A DNA stretch of 64,000 nucleotides, taken from positions 248,001 through 312,000 of the forward strand of contig NIVC01001283.1 of NCBI GenBank assembly GCA_002269645.1. Direction: 5' to 3'. Both the position numbers and the translations under genes were made by a program. Source of the DNA: Macrostomum lignano (Eukaryota). This document shows positions 13,150-25,237 of the stretch, in pieces; positions within the stretch are counted from its first letter, which is position 1, and each line of letters starts with the position of its first letter. Under the pieces are notes generated by a model. The model did no database searches and had not been told where the DNA came from. It saw only the letters and a list, made by a program, of their open reading frames with translations.

Positions 13150-13620
13150 AGAAGGTCGACAGCGAGCATTCAATCGCGAGCTCAGGCTACTTTGTGGCGT
13201 GTTTGCTGATGCCACAGACGGAGATGGTGGCCTCGAGCTGGCTTCCTCTGCCATGCCAATCCTCAATCCAGAAGACAATGGGCGTCAGTCGTGGATTGTC
13301 TTCGCCAATTATTTGCAGCACCTTCAAGTCAGTAGCCGACATTTCGGCGGCGGTCCGTCACCGGTTTTCTCTACGTTTTTCTCCTTGATTCGCTGCAAGA
13401 TCTTCTTTCAACTTTTTTGTAACTTTTCAAAAGGGTAGCTAGTCTTGCACTGCTCATTGATCAGAGCTGTCACGATCTCCCAGGCCGTTTGCTCGTCGTT
13501 TCTGGCACGCAGGCGGTTGGCCTTTCGACAAAATGGCAGACGAATGTCCCTGCAGGGCATCGAGAAGAATGTCTTCGTAGTCTTTTGCTTACATGTGGTT
13601 GTGTAGTAGTGACATTTAGT
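13150..13620 (-). pseudogene. Degenerate Myb/SANT-like (Harbinger accessory) ORF
   Basis: Broken reading KDYEDILLDAL..AWEIVTALINEQCKTSY..KTGDGPPP, typical of the Myb_DNA-bind_5 family. Confidence 0.5.
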
Positions 13621-13949
13621 AGCGCAGAAGAAACAAGTGTAAGAAAAATCAATTTTGAGCTTGCCTTTTCATTGTGCTCCGTTTTTATGTTCTACTGACT
13701 TTGGCACATAGATTATAGGTAATTTCTTTAAAAATTGAACTTGAGTTTGGCGTTCGGTGCTTGCCTAGACCACAGATTCTATAAACACTAGATGGCTCCT
13801 CACTCAGCGAAAAATCTTGCTCCCAAACAGATCGTCTATGGTTGGAATCGCTATTTTTAGCCCTAGTGTTAAACGCAGGCTTTTAATGTGTTCTATACTC
13901 TTCTACTTTGTTCTATTCTTCTAGCTATGGAAAGTGAAAGCGAGGCATT

Positions 13950-15536
13950 GGGCCGTATGAATAAAACGTGAGAAAATCTTTAAAGATTATCTTTCGAGCC
14001 AAGAATTTCTTTAAAGAAATTCTTTTCCGGCAAGAAAATCTGTTGGAGAAAATCTTACGAGTCAAGATATTCTAGAAAAGACATGAATAAAAGTTTCTCG
14101 GCTCGTGAGATTTTCTCGGCGACTGCCACTTGGCTGAAAGTTGTCTAGGGCCCAAACCAAGATGTCGGTGACGTGGAATCGACGGCCGTCTCCTCAGGCT
14201 TGGGCGCAGCCCATGCTGTGTCTATGGCTAAAACCACGTGAAGACCGAAAATCCGTCCAGAAAAATCCTACTAGAAAGTGGCAAAATCCATGTGGAGTTT
14301 ACCTGAACATCAGGTGACAGGAAAGTCACTTTGCTTTGAAATTTTACCCTGAGATTGAGCGTCCTGGCATCGAATGGTTGCCAATTTTTTACATGTATAT
14401 CGTGATTACTCTTTGCAGGAGCCCAGAAACAATGCAAAAAAAACTGCGAGCATGTTATAAGACGCTGCGTGAGGGGTAGAAATGGGAGCTGCCGTGTGTA
14501 CAAAACTGTGTCCTTGGACCGTTCGCAAGCTGAGCGACGTAAATAGCCTACCAGTGAAGTATGCTACCAGATTTCATTGAAACCGCGCAATCTTCTCTCG
14601 AGAAACATGTCTGCCGCATCGGATGCCGAGTCTGAAAGTCAACAGGAAGCCGAGGAGGAAGCCGACTACATTGTCAACGTACTCTCTAAGCACCCGGTTC
14701 TTTTATCAAAGAGTAGCACGCCCGTCGTGAAGAAGAAGAAGGAGGCGGCCATTGCAGCATTGTGCGCTGAGTTAGAAATGCTGACAGGAAAGCTGTTCGA
14801 GACCGGCAAAACATCGAAGAAGATCGCCAACATGAAGACGCGTATGAAGGGCAAGGTGGATCGAAATAGGACAGGGAATCGTCCCATAAAACTTCTTCCA
14901 TGGGAATCCAGGTTGGCCCGCATAATGGACGCGGATTCGAATCCAACAATGTCGCAAACTCCAGGGGCAAGTGCGGCTGGATTCCAAGCAAGTGCAACCG
15001 TCGTCTCGCCACAGCCAGCTGATGAGAGACGTTCACCCTCCGTGCAGCCTAAGGAACCAGCGAGGAAGCGTCGCATGTCTGGCGAGACAGAGGAGACGGA
15101 GAAGTTGGGCAACGCCGATTTGCAACGACTGGTGCTGCTGGAGCAGCTGCGCTACGTCAGACTGAACGTCAGTCAGATATGTCTCCACTGGAGTGGCCTG
15201 TCGGGGCAGGTACTCCTTGGTCTTTCTGATCTGAAGGAACATCTCGTGTCTCGTGTTATGGGCGCTGAAGATTCGCTTGAGCCAGAGAAAGAGTTGCTCG
15301 CATAAAACTCAAGTGTCGGCTCTCTCGGCGAGAAAATCACGTCTTTTATTCATCAGAAAGCAAGAAAATCTTTTCCTCGTGAGATTTTCTTGCCGAGCAA
15401 ATCTTTTCTTGTGAAAGCTCGAGATTTTCTTGGCGAGAAAATCTTGCAAGAAACTCGCAGTTTTTTATTCTTATAAACGCAAGAAATTCTTGGATTTCTT
15501 GCAAGAAAAAAATTTCTTTTTTTATTCATACGGCTC
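13950..15536 (+). mobile_element. Non-autonomous PIF/Harbinger element
   Basis: TIR GRGCCGTATGAATAAAA, 3-bp TSD ATT (13947-49, 15537-39), many subterminal AGAAAATC repeats. Confidence 0.85.
14607..15305 (+). CDS. Harbinger Myb/SANT-like DNA-binding protein
   Basis: Open 232-codon ORF with KKIANMKTR..TGNRPIKLLPWE and C-terminal LQRLVLLEQL; no transposase in the element. Confidence 0.7.
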   Translation: MSAASDAESESQQEAEEEADYIVNVLSKHPVLLSKSSTPVVKKKKEAAIAALCAELEMLTGKLFETGKTSKKIANMKTRMKGKVDRNRTGNRPIKLLPWESRLARIMDADSNPTMSQTPGASAAGFQASATVVSPQPADERRSPSVQPKEPARKRRMSGETEETEKLGNADLQRLVLLEQLRYVRLNVSQICLHWSGLSGQVLLGLSDLKEHLVSRVMGAEDSLEPEKELLA

Positions 15537-16150
15537 ATTTACCTCAAAATTGCCGAACTTTTTGCCATAACGTTTGATAGAAAAATCGGAAGATGTCTCA
15601 AATTTCACACTGTCCTTCGTTTAGATAAAAGCAGACATCTGTGAAAAGACGACATCAATAGGACCTGCTTGTCACACGTTATACCACAATTATCGGCACT
15701 TTAAAACAAAGGCATATCGTAAAGAAGTCTCTTAAAGTGCCGATAATTGTCGCATAAATTCTGATTGGAAAATCCTACTGCCTTCAGATTTTCACAACCT
15801 GGTGCCATCATTTGTGGAGGTGGCTGGGTAAAACTGGAAGCCTCTGAATTTGTTGAATCAAAATTTATAGCGAAATTTCGGCACTTTTGAGGCGAAAACA
15901 TTAAGCATTGAACAAATAGGAGATTTAAAGGCACTTTATTGTATACATTATATTTAAGATATATACTTTATATGGGTTGCAAAAATATTTAAGCAGAAAC
16001 CAAATTGTTTGGGCGATAAAGTTCATAATTTGCCCTGGCAACTCGCAACAGCGTATGCAGTAAGAAAGTGACACCCATTATTCGAAAAAAGTGAAAACAG
16101 AGATACGAGTAGGTAGGAAGAAGTGCACAACTATGAAGCAACGATGAGTA

Positions 16151-16777
16151 TTGGTTTTTGCATGCTAAGTGAGACATTTTTCAAGCAATCTAAGACTGAA
16201 TAGCAAAAACACTATTGTCTATGGCCACCCCTCGCTGCAGCCCAGCTTTTTGGGATCGCCTTGCAAGCAAAGTGAGAAATTTTTTCAAGCTAAGTGAGAA
16301 CCATATTGAAAACAAAAGCTGGGCTATGGCAAATCAACCACCAGGCATGACACGAGATGATTGGCGATACATGCTGATGGATCGGCTTGGAAGAGAATCG
16401 CTGCATGTCATTACTCCGCACAAGATCGCAGGCTGGGAGCTCCACTGCACTCGAAAGTTTGCTCAGTGTATCAACATGCAACCCTTTATTTGAACGCTTA
16501 TAACATTATCAACAATTTTTGTACCGCTTGTTTTGTTGTGTTCCTGCGTATCCTTTTCTAAATATATAGTTTCCGACAGTACATCATTTTGTAATTTCGT
16601 AAAACCACCCGTTTGTTTTCAATATGGTTCTCACTTAGCATGAAAAAATTTCTCACTTTGCTTGCAAGGCGATCCCAAAAAGCTGGGCTGCAGCGAGGGG
16701 TGGCCATAGACAATAGTGTTTTTGCTATTCAGTCTCAGATTGCTTAAAAAATGTCTCACTTAGCATGCAAAAACCAA
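16151..16777 (+). mobile_element. Internally deleted derivative of the Tc1-like element at 53033-54574
   Basis: Same about 170-bp TIR starting TTGGTTTTTGCATGCTAAG, TA flanks; MANQ fused directly to PPGMTRDDW. Confidence 0.9.
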
Positions 16778-16779
16778 TA

Positions 16780-17378
16780 TCGCTTTTGACGCTCTAGATA
16801 AGACTTTAGACATTCAAAATAAGACTGCATAGGATCGCATGCAAGGCCAGGCTAGCCACGGCCAGAGCATGCCCAGTCTTGGCTGCAGGAATGGCTTGGC
16901 CATAGACTAAAAAATGGAATATCAAAATGAGAATAAGACGCTCAATATGAGACTGAGTGTGAAAGCCTTCAGATATCGCTCTAACCCTCTGACCTTCAGC
17001 CAGCTCTCCTTCTTCACCCCTTGGGTTGCATCTGACCCCTTGGATTTCACTGTGATGGCACCATCGATTCCTGCAGCAGACCAGTAAACAATGGATCAAC
17101 CATCCTAGCTGCCGCTCAAATTCTGCTTCTTGTTTATTGCCTAATTTCTCCTTAGCTGTTTGTATGGTGACTGCCAAAAAGCAAATAAATTACGTTCACT
17201 CCCGGTCTCATATTGAGCGTCTTATTCTCATTTTGATATTCCATTTTTTAGTCTATGGCCAAGCCATTCCTGCAGCCAAGACTGGGCATGCTCTGGCCGT
17301 GGCTAGCCTGGCCTTGCTTGCGATCCTATGCAGTCTTATTTTGAATGTCTAAAGTCTTATCTAGAGCGTCAAAAGCGA
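16780..17378. mobile_element. TA-flanked MITE with about 175-bp near-perfect TIRs
   Basis: TCGCTTTTGACGCTCTAGATAAGAC.. inverted at both ends; shares the TA at 16778-79 with the adjacent element. Confidence 0.85.
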
Positions 17379-17682
17379 TACTTACAGGAGTTTAGTACGC
17401 CAATAACATGCTCGAAACAATGCATCTAACTATGCTTCCACTGTTGAAAAACTGCTTTGTGTCAAATTCTGTTTTTTATTGAGGAAATCGAGGTCTGTTT
17501 AGCTTAATTAAGTGTATGGCAGACAGCTGTTCTTATAAGACTTGCAGATTATGGCGCTGTGGTGTGAATTAGTTCAACCTTCTTAACTTACGCTTAGATG
17601 CGATCGCCGATCTAGAAGCATCGAATGCGCGTGTCTGGAGGCGACACCAATGGTGCAGCCGCAGACGAATGAAGCAGCAGAC

Positions 17683-18075
17683 TTACTCGAACACCTGGTC
17701 ACGGTGGATGTCGCACGCGGACATGTTGTCCGCCTCCTCATCACTCCGCAAGATGACAGACTCCAGATTCTCTGGCAGCAATCGAGGCATCACTAGCTGC
17801 AGATCGAGAGGAGCGTTCCACTTCAGCCGAGAGCCTGGTTCATGTCGCATGGCAGCTGGGCAAGAGCACGCCTCTTCCACAAAATGATCGCTGCACACTT
17901 TTAAGTCTCTGCATCGAATTTCCTCGAGCGGGAACGGCAGCTCCAGAATCTGCATCCATCGCGTAGCGGTTGCCGTATCTTGAGGAAATCGGTGCAGCTT
18001 GATAGGGGTGTTTTGAGGCGGAGAGGTAACTGCCTTATTTTTGCAGCCTGCAGCACAGCAGATTTTTGAGTTCAT
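17683..18075 (-). CDS. THAP zinc-finger domain ORF (TE-derived, truncated)
   Basis: CCAAGC..LHRFP..RW..VCSDHF: C2CH THAP signature. Confidence 0.8.
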   Translation of the reverse strand: MNSKICCAAGCKNKAVTSPPQNTPIKLHRFPQDTATATRWMQILELPFPLEEIRCRDLKVCSDHFVEEACSCPAAMRHEPGSRLKWNAPLDLQLVMPRLLPENLESVILRSDEEADNMSACDIHRDQVFE

Positions 18076-18469
18076 TACCAGAAGCTTGTTGGTCTTCGCC
18101 TTCGGTGTTCAGTGTCAAATATATAATTCTATCTAGTTGTTGCAGGAGAAAGAACTGGGTGTGCTAGAATCAGTGAGAGAAAAGTTTTTTTGCTGGCTCT
18201 ACGCTAGTTATAAGCTGCTGGCGCGGGGGGCGAAGTCTCGCGAGCGAGGGATTCCAACCATAGACAGTGAGAATTTGGCCTCCACTGAAGGAATGGAGAG
18301 TGAGCCATCTAGTGTTTATAGAATCTGTGGCCTAGACTAGAGTAGCCTAGATTCTTCTCCTTAGTTAGGACCATAGATAAAAAAACACTAGATGGATCCT
18401 CGCCTATTTCATGAATATGCTACTTTCAATTGGGCGTCTGTATAGAGTTTTTTGGATATATTTTTGCAT

Positions 18470-18900
18470 CTAGTGAAGTGTTAATTTTATATTTAGATTA
18501 TGATGCAGAATGCAGATTAAAAAGTGCACGTGCACCAGTGAACCACTTTTTGCTAACACGTAGCCAGCAACATATTCCATGGCTTCGATTGATGCGTCAG
18601 GAGAAGCAAACGACTGCAAACTGCATTGGAGCCCCTCATCTGTGCGTGTCGTCGGCACGGTTTCAGAAAAAGATGCGCTTGATCCAGCTGGTAAATTTGG
18701 CGCTTGAGTAATGCATGCTGCTGTGACGCCAGCAGAGCAGTAGTCGCTGCTGCAATTCCCAGTTTTTTACTCGGGTTTCATTATGCCACTCGCAGAAATC
18801 GATCGAAGGGCACCAAATAGAGGCTGGAAGTTCTGGCTTTTCATTGAACCTGTAGAGGGTGCTACAACTAAGAACAAAAGGCAGATAATTGCAGTGGAAC
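18470..18900 (-). pseudogene. P-element/THAP9-like transposase C-terminal fragment
   Basis: ASIEAMEYVAGYVLAKS resembles the conserved YIAGY segment. Confidence 0.45.
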
Positions 18901-19670
18901 GAAGGGGTGAAGCTAGCGGTAGGGAATGCCGCTCTGGCTTCTTAGCTTAGCGCTGACGAACTGTATTTGATCATTAACCTCTGCCATAGACAATAGAAGC
19001 ATACTTAGTGTTGTAGTGTTGTAGTGTTATATTAAAACGCATAGTGCTATAACTACCCCCTCCCAAAAGGAAGATAACTAGATGTGCATCGGTTCGGTAC
19101 AGTAACATTATGAAAACGGCATCATGCACAAACAAGAACATGTTCGTAGTGTCCGTAGGGACACACGTACGAGCAACATAAATATATAAACTAATTGAAC
19201 GTACATATAGCTATTGCAAACCCCAGACGCAAAAGTACAAGCATAGACAGCTCCAGAACAATGACTACGCTGTGCATTTCATCACTAATCTTTATCCATG
19301 TTCTTGGCTGCGGGCCGTCACCTTGCTACTCTGGGGCTATTTCATAGCTAGCGTCGCTATCTTCATCTTCCAAGCTCATATTGTTGCTGATTTGTAGGTT
19401 AGAGAGCGATGGTAATCCTTTAGCAGACATGAGAGGACTTCCAAAGATGAATTCTTTGCTCACCAGTCACTTTTTATGCCATAGACTGGGGGCAGCAGTT
19501 GTCTCGAGTGTAGCGCTCTGCCACTGTGAGTTAAGCCAACTGCTGCTAAGCTCAAACTGACTGCAAAAAGCTATAATACATCCTTTTTGTAAGCAGATGC
19601 CATATTGCTTAAGTAAATTAAATAGGAGCTACTTTTGGCTTCGAAAACTGAGAAGTAAAATAACTTTAAT

Positions 19671-19900
19671 TTATATTTGTACGGCACGCCAGTCGGCAAA
19701 ACAGGGGGCTGCGCACAGTCCAGGGTTGCCTTCACATGAGCCACAGCATAAGACGGTTTTCTTGGCCTGGCCGTTCCTGTAGCTCTGTCTGCACCGCTTC
19801 GTTGGTCGGGCCTGCGCTTCGGTGGCTTCAATGCGCTTCAGCGAGTGCTGTTGGCGAGCCACTGCTAACTGCTGCTGTGCCCGAGCAGCTCGTATACGAC
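19671..19900 (-). pseudogene. piggyBac C-terminal cysteine-rich domain fragment
   Basis: ARPTKRCRQSYRNGQAKKTVLCCGSCEGNPGLCAAPCFADW, homologous to the CRD at about 34560-34720. Confidence 0.75.
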
Positions 19901-20207
19901 CTGGTCCCGAGGAGTCGATTGAGTTTTTGAAACTAAAAACTCGAGTGTACCTCAGCAAGATCGGTACACAATCCATCCGTTTCTGGCCAGCACAGGAACA
20001 AGATGATAGAACACTACAGGAATTCAATTTAGACTCTCTTTCATATTCAACCGAGTCCTTTCGATTCAGTCAGGCAAAATTGTCTATGGATTTTCTCTCT
20101 TTATTTTTCCACTTGCAGAACCATTAGAGGAAATTCTAAACAGACACAAGACAATCAAAATAAACACTTTCAAACTGAAACGGTAAACATTAGGACAGTC
20201 TCAGCAC

Positions 20208-21306
20208 TCAGCAGGAACCTACAACGCTGCAACCTGCAACGCTACAGTACACGCATCTGCGGCAAATCAACCATCTAAAATAGCTTGTCGAACAAAGTAT
20301 CTTTGCACGTAGGTGAAAATGTGGTTGAACCACGCGTTGCACTTGTCCGCAGTCACGCAGTGTGCCGTCTGCTGTATCATGGCCACGAGGGTCTCCTTGA
20401 GATGAGCAGTCGCCTGATCGTGGCAGAATCTGGCATCTCGTAGTACTCGGCGTCGTTGTGGGAGCTAACCTTGTCGATGACAATGTGGCACTGCGATCAT
20501 GGGAACTCCGATTGGATGTGCAAAAATTCTCCAAATCACTCCTTAGTCATCCCCCTGTTGTACGTCTGATAATGCACAATGCCGACCGCAGGGCAGACTG
20601 CGACACGCACAGTCACGCGGAGCCGCTTCTGCGAGCCGACCTGCCTGTAGACGCGCTCTCCACGTTGGGATCGTCGCTGCGATCGGCGCATCCACGTATC
20701 GAAGTCGAATTCGTCGATGAAAATCTTGTGCACAGCAAAAACCTCAGCCGAACAGATCCATTCACAGAAGTCCACTCGTTCTTGAATTACGTGTGGCGAG
20801 ATGCGTCCCGCAGGCAGGTCCCTGGCTAGCTTGGTGGTGTAAAGAGCCCCATTCAACTTGGCACTCACGGTCTTGTCAGTGACGACCAGCTAAGCTGGCA
20901 GATGCTGGCGCAGAAGTGAGTTGAGTTGCTTCAGTTTAATCAGAGGATTGGCTTCCACCTGAGCACAAATGAACTCCTGCATCCCTGCGTCCCACTTGAT
21001 TCGCTTGGCACCTCCTTTAGGCAGCTTGTCCACTCTCTCGGATCTCACAATCGTGTGCGCAGTCGCGCGCTTGATGTTCAGCCAGAGCGACGAAGTCTTC
21101 CCCTTTTTCAGAGGTTTCAATGATCCGGCGTCCATCGGTGTCACCGATATTGTTGTACGTACGGGGCTGTTGACCCTCTGCGTCTTCTGAATTTTCATCT
21201 TTTTTATCCTGATCGTCCTCTCCTGTTCCTTCTTCGCCTTCCTCTTCAAACAGCTCATCTTGCACGTCTCGTCTTCTTTCATGTCTTCACTCCCGACCTC
21301 AGTCAT
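20208..21306 (-). pseudogene. Degenerate IS630/Tc1-like transposase (third family)
   Basis: HTH segment VEANPLIKLKQLNSLL, then KIFIDEFDFDTW.RRSQ..GERV and HIVIDKVSSH; multiple frameshifts; homologous to the 53-56 kb elements. Confidence 0.7.
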
Positions 21307-22149
21307 TGTGTTTGATTTGATAAGACGTCTGTCTCTTTCGGTTTTCTTCTTTTCACCTGAGTCGGTTATAAACTTGCATGTTTAGCCATAGACAATTTTG
21401 GCTGACTGAATCGAAAGGGTTCTCTTGAATATGAAAGGGAGAGTCTTAATTGAATTTCTGCAAGTACTGTATTTCATAGACAGTGTCTGAATTGCTGTTT
21501 CGATTGTTTGAATTAAAAGTGTGCTTGGTCAAAATAAGCGGTAAAACGGTGTATACAGCTGCTTTGCGCTTCAATGGTCTTGGTCTGTGCGCCTAGCCCA
21601 GCAGCTATACATAAATCCTACAATGTTACCAGGTTATCCCAAAATTAAGTTTCGGTCACAAAAACTGTTATGATTGACGCTCAAGGCTCCAAGGTCTGTT
21701 CAATTATTGATTTGTGCTCAGAGGCACGATTTTTTGCGCGTTTATTGGGTGCGCCTCACAGCGTCTTAATTGTTGTTTCTTTTTGGGCACTGGGCTCTTT
21801 CTATGAGTATTTAATCTGCTTCACAGCAAGTACAGGCGGGGCTCGCATCTATCATTGTCTATGTTGCATACAAAAAATAAATATATACAAAGTACGAACA
21901 AAATGAGTCTGCTTGGGCCGAGCCCACAGCACCTCCCTTTCTTTATGAAAGTCCATAATGTTCACATGCACAGCACTGTTCACTCCTTGTACAACACTTT
22001 AGGCTCCAGCAGCAATCTCTCGCTCCGCCGAAGTTGCACCGCCTCTGAAGTGCCCCCCAGAACTTTGATGTTCTCCGGGTTCATTGGGTGGAGACTCAGA
22101 GACCTCGTCCCGCAGGCCTCTCTGGGTCCGGGTCCTGCTCGTTAGTTCC

Positions 22150-22577
22150 TGTTATAGCTTGCATATGAATGTTGTATACGGCGGCATAGCCGTCAGTGCT
22201 GCGCTTAGTGCGTATGCAGCTTGTGTATTTAGCATAATAAAGACAAGGGAATATTAAGGCCATAGACAACTTTTGTCTGTCTGAAACATCCATTTTTCCA
22301 AAAATTTGTCATACGCAGTAATGGATGAATGAATGAAAATGGCACTGTCAGTTAATTCAGTTTGAGTGCATAATTATGTAGCTCTGTAAAATTGAGTTGG
22401 CTTTACTTCACGTCCATATCGCGTGATGTATTTTGTTCCACCAGATTTTCCAGAATCCAGCTGAGAATTGTGTACTGTATCTGATGCATGAGCGTCTGAG
22501 CTGGGAGGTGAAATGGTCCCATTGTTAGAATCCTGATTAGGCATTTGAATCTTGGAATACTCTGGTATGGTCTGCAT
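22150..22577 (-). mobile_element. LTR retrotransposon 3' remnant: pol C-terminus, PPT and short LTR
   Basis: YITRYGREVKPTQFY* (22374), purine tract GGAAAAATGGA (22289-22299), LTR TGTT..AACA at 22150-22288. Confidence 0.6.
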
Positions 22578-22859
22578 TCTGCGGTCTGTATTGCGCTGAG
22601 CCAGAAATCAGACCTCTCAGACCCAATCGTCAAGCAATAACCGGCTGAGCAAATGCCAGCAAAACTCAGCAATGTCTCCCTCATCGGGCTGCTCGCGGAA
22701 TCGGCCTCGGGCGACGCTGCACCGCATGCAGCGATTCGTTCATTTGTTCACTCGTCCTTTTTGATAGGGAAAACAGCTTAACGGTATCTAAATCTTTAAG
22801 AATATCTGTTTATACCCTCGTAGTTTATGCACATTACCAGCGTAATTCCAGTTGTACAA

Positions 22860-23770
22860 CGCTCAAGCGTGCAGATAACGCCTATGTCTATGGTAAAATC
22901 CTATACTCAATCTATGCAAAAAGCGTGCAGATAATTGATGTCTATGGCAAAAATTTAACGTGGCTTGTCAGTGTGTATAGTTTAAGTAACAATTTAACGA
23001 AACAACAGTACTGCAAAGAACTGTATGAGAGGCCTGCCTCACTTTCGCAGTATTGTCCATTTTAAAGTAGAAAAAAAAAGTTACCTTCATTTTGGCAAAT
23101 TTAAGGTGCACCCACTCACGTTTCCATGAAAGTTGAGTGTCAAGGTGACCTGTCGTGGCTCTGCATGGTTGCCGCTGTTAGCCACAGCGCGCTCTGCTGG
23201 CATAGACGTCTCCATTCGATTTGTGCCGCCCATGGATGAGTTAGCTCCATGCAGCGATGAATGCAGTGCGCTGCACATGGCCCGCATCTCGGATGTGCGT
23301 CGACTTCGGAATTGCAGGTACCGTTCGACTGTTTTCACCTGCTCGTGACCAGTCACTTCACCAGACACTGTCTTCTAGGTCGTTGATAGCTTTTTCCAGG
23401 TCTTCAACGCTGGGCACGCAGTCGAACATGCCATCCAGGTCAATATCCTCGGGCAGCACAAACTCGCCGTCTCCATTTGACGGTTGCTCGACCAGACGCT
23501 CGTCCATTTGCTTTTCCATAAACCGCTCCTCGGTTTGCTGTTGAAGGAGAATGTCAATCTGTGATGATGACATTCCAGAAATGGCTTCTCCTGGCAGTTT
23601 CTTGTAGTCTACATATAGTAGACACGCTTATCCGGTGGCTCCTCGGTCAAGTTGTAGATCGCGTGATTTCTGGGTTCTTCTTAACTTCAAACGCTCTTAA
23701 GTTATATAGATATATGTCTATCGCTGATACCCGAAAAGCGTGCAGATAACGGATGTCTATGGCCACGAGA
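22860..23770 (-). mobile_element. Internally deleted Crypton (acidic N-terminus fused to VTGH..VERYL C-terminus)
   Basis: Homologous to 51389-52851; shares AAGCGTGCAGATAA repeats (about 22866, 22921, 23737); ends FHGNVSGCTLNL. Confidence 0.75.
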
Positions 23771-24539
23771 GAGAATAATTTCGCGTTCGTACAATGCGTC
23801 TAACACTAACTTTTGAGTGCTATTAACGTCTATGCGCACTCTTAGTGTCAAATTTAGTGTCAATCCATCATTGATAGACTCTTGTGACAAGATTAATGGC
23901 ACAAGTTAAGAGATATTTTTAATGAAATCATTTTTTAGCTGTCAGTGAGTAAGAGGCTGCTAAATGTCTATTGTAAAACGCTTATACCATTTATGTACTG
24001 TAAAGGGCTCTTGTCTGTGATACAATCATATCTCTGGCAGTGCAGAAATCGTTCGGTATATGCAAGGACTTCTTAATCACTCGGGACGGGAAACTAAAGC
24101 GTGAAATTAAAGCGAGGGCTTGTGGGTGTCTCCGTAGTGGTTCCGTCCGTTAAAATCAAATCAACAAATCTAGCTATATCAGCGTCAATAGTGGCAAAGT
24201 TGTCATTAAGGTCGTCAGTCCTATTTGCAAATTTTCAGAATCAGAATCGATCGATCAGAAAGATCGGGGACAAGTTGGGGGAAAATACTATGTCTCAGGT
24301 TTATTCATTTTCAATGATCAAAACAACTTCTCAGCCATTCTGATGGCCATAAATGAACGAATAACCGAGAGATATGTTATACCTAATTTCCTGTGACTGA
24401 CCCTCATCAATTCACAGTTGCTTTTGTTGATAAGAAAATGGTAAACTCATTCAATTTATTCTCATATACCGTACTTCGGGATTCGGGTGTGTCATAAGTA
24501 ATGTCCCTGGGTAAAAACAGACTAACTGAAAATTGCAGG

Positions 24540-24768
24540 TGAAGAAATCTGTATCGCTTAACAACGTAGATGTCAATGATCCTCTGCAGTTCTCGTGCAG
24601 CTTCTCCTGCTTGTCCTCAAGCTGCCAGAACCAGTGCAACGCGGCCTGCTTTACATCTTCATGGTTTGCGAAACTACTCTTGTAAAAGTCAGTCTTCAGC
24701 CATTTGAACAGAAATCTGTCGCACAAGTTAAAGCCCGGGCTGTAGGCATTCTGCCAAAGCAGATTCAC
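24540..24768 (-). pseudogene. mariner-like transposase C-terminal fragment
   Basis: AYSPGFNLCDRFLFKWLK..F..HEDVKQAALHWF (degenerate YSPDL motif). Confidence 0.6.
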
Positions 24769-24881
24769 TATTGTACTATCTCAAGTGTCAAATTGAAAAC
24801 GGGAGGAAATGGGAAACCAGTACAATAATAGTACAATCGTTTGCTTATTTATATTGAGTGCTTCGTTCAATGATAAAATAT

Positions 24882-24919
24882 ACCCTGACGACGGCCCTAG
24901 TGGGTTGAAACGCGTTGGT
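24882..24919 (+). ncRNA. Minimal type I hammerhead ribozyme motif (Penelope-like element type)
   Basis: ACC-CTGACGA-C-GGCCC TAGT GGGTT-GAAA-CGC-GTT-GGT with palindrome AACGCGTT. Confidence 0.6.
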
Positions 24920-25237
24920 TTTCGCCATAAATGTTGATCTTAAGCTTTATTTATTTGCTATTAATTAAGCGAGCAACTCTACCACAGCATATATATAGAC
25001 TCTGCGTATGATTCTATAAACTTAGATATTGCTTCAGAATTGAAAATTAGCGGGTTTGGCAGTGCCCAAATTGGAATAAAACCGTTAGGCGTTTTAACCA
25101 ATCATTTATTTGAGACAAATAACATATTTGAAACATAATTTAATTATTATTATTAATTCACCAATTTACTCCAACATGTATTCGCTGCTCCAGTTCTAAT
25201 CACATGTATGCTTTCCCCAATCGATTACATTCCTCAA

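Larger units (their letters stand above)
13768..18332 (-). mobile_element. THAP-encoding DNA transposon remnant with TIRs, hosting nested insertions
   Basis: GRCCACAGATTCTATAAACACTAGATGGCTC plus GTCTATGGTTGGAATC inverted at 13768-13850 and 18250-18332; TA on both flanks. Confidence 0.65.

Noticed and set aside
24100-24340. Possible LINE ORF2 fragment on the minus strand
   Set aside because: Only vague resemblance and no catalytic motif.
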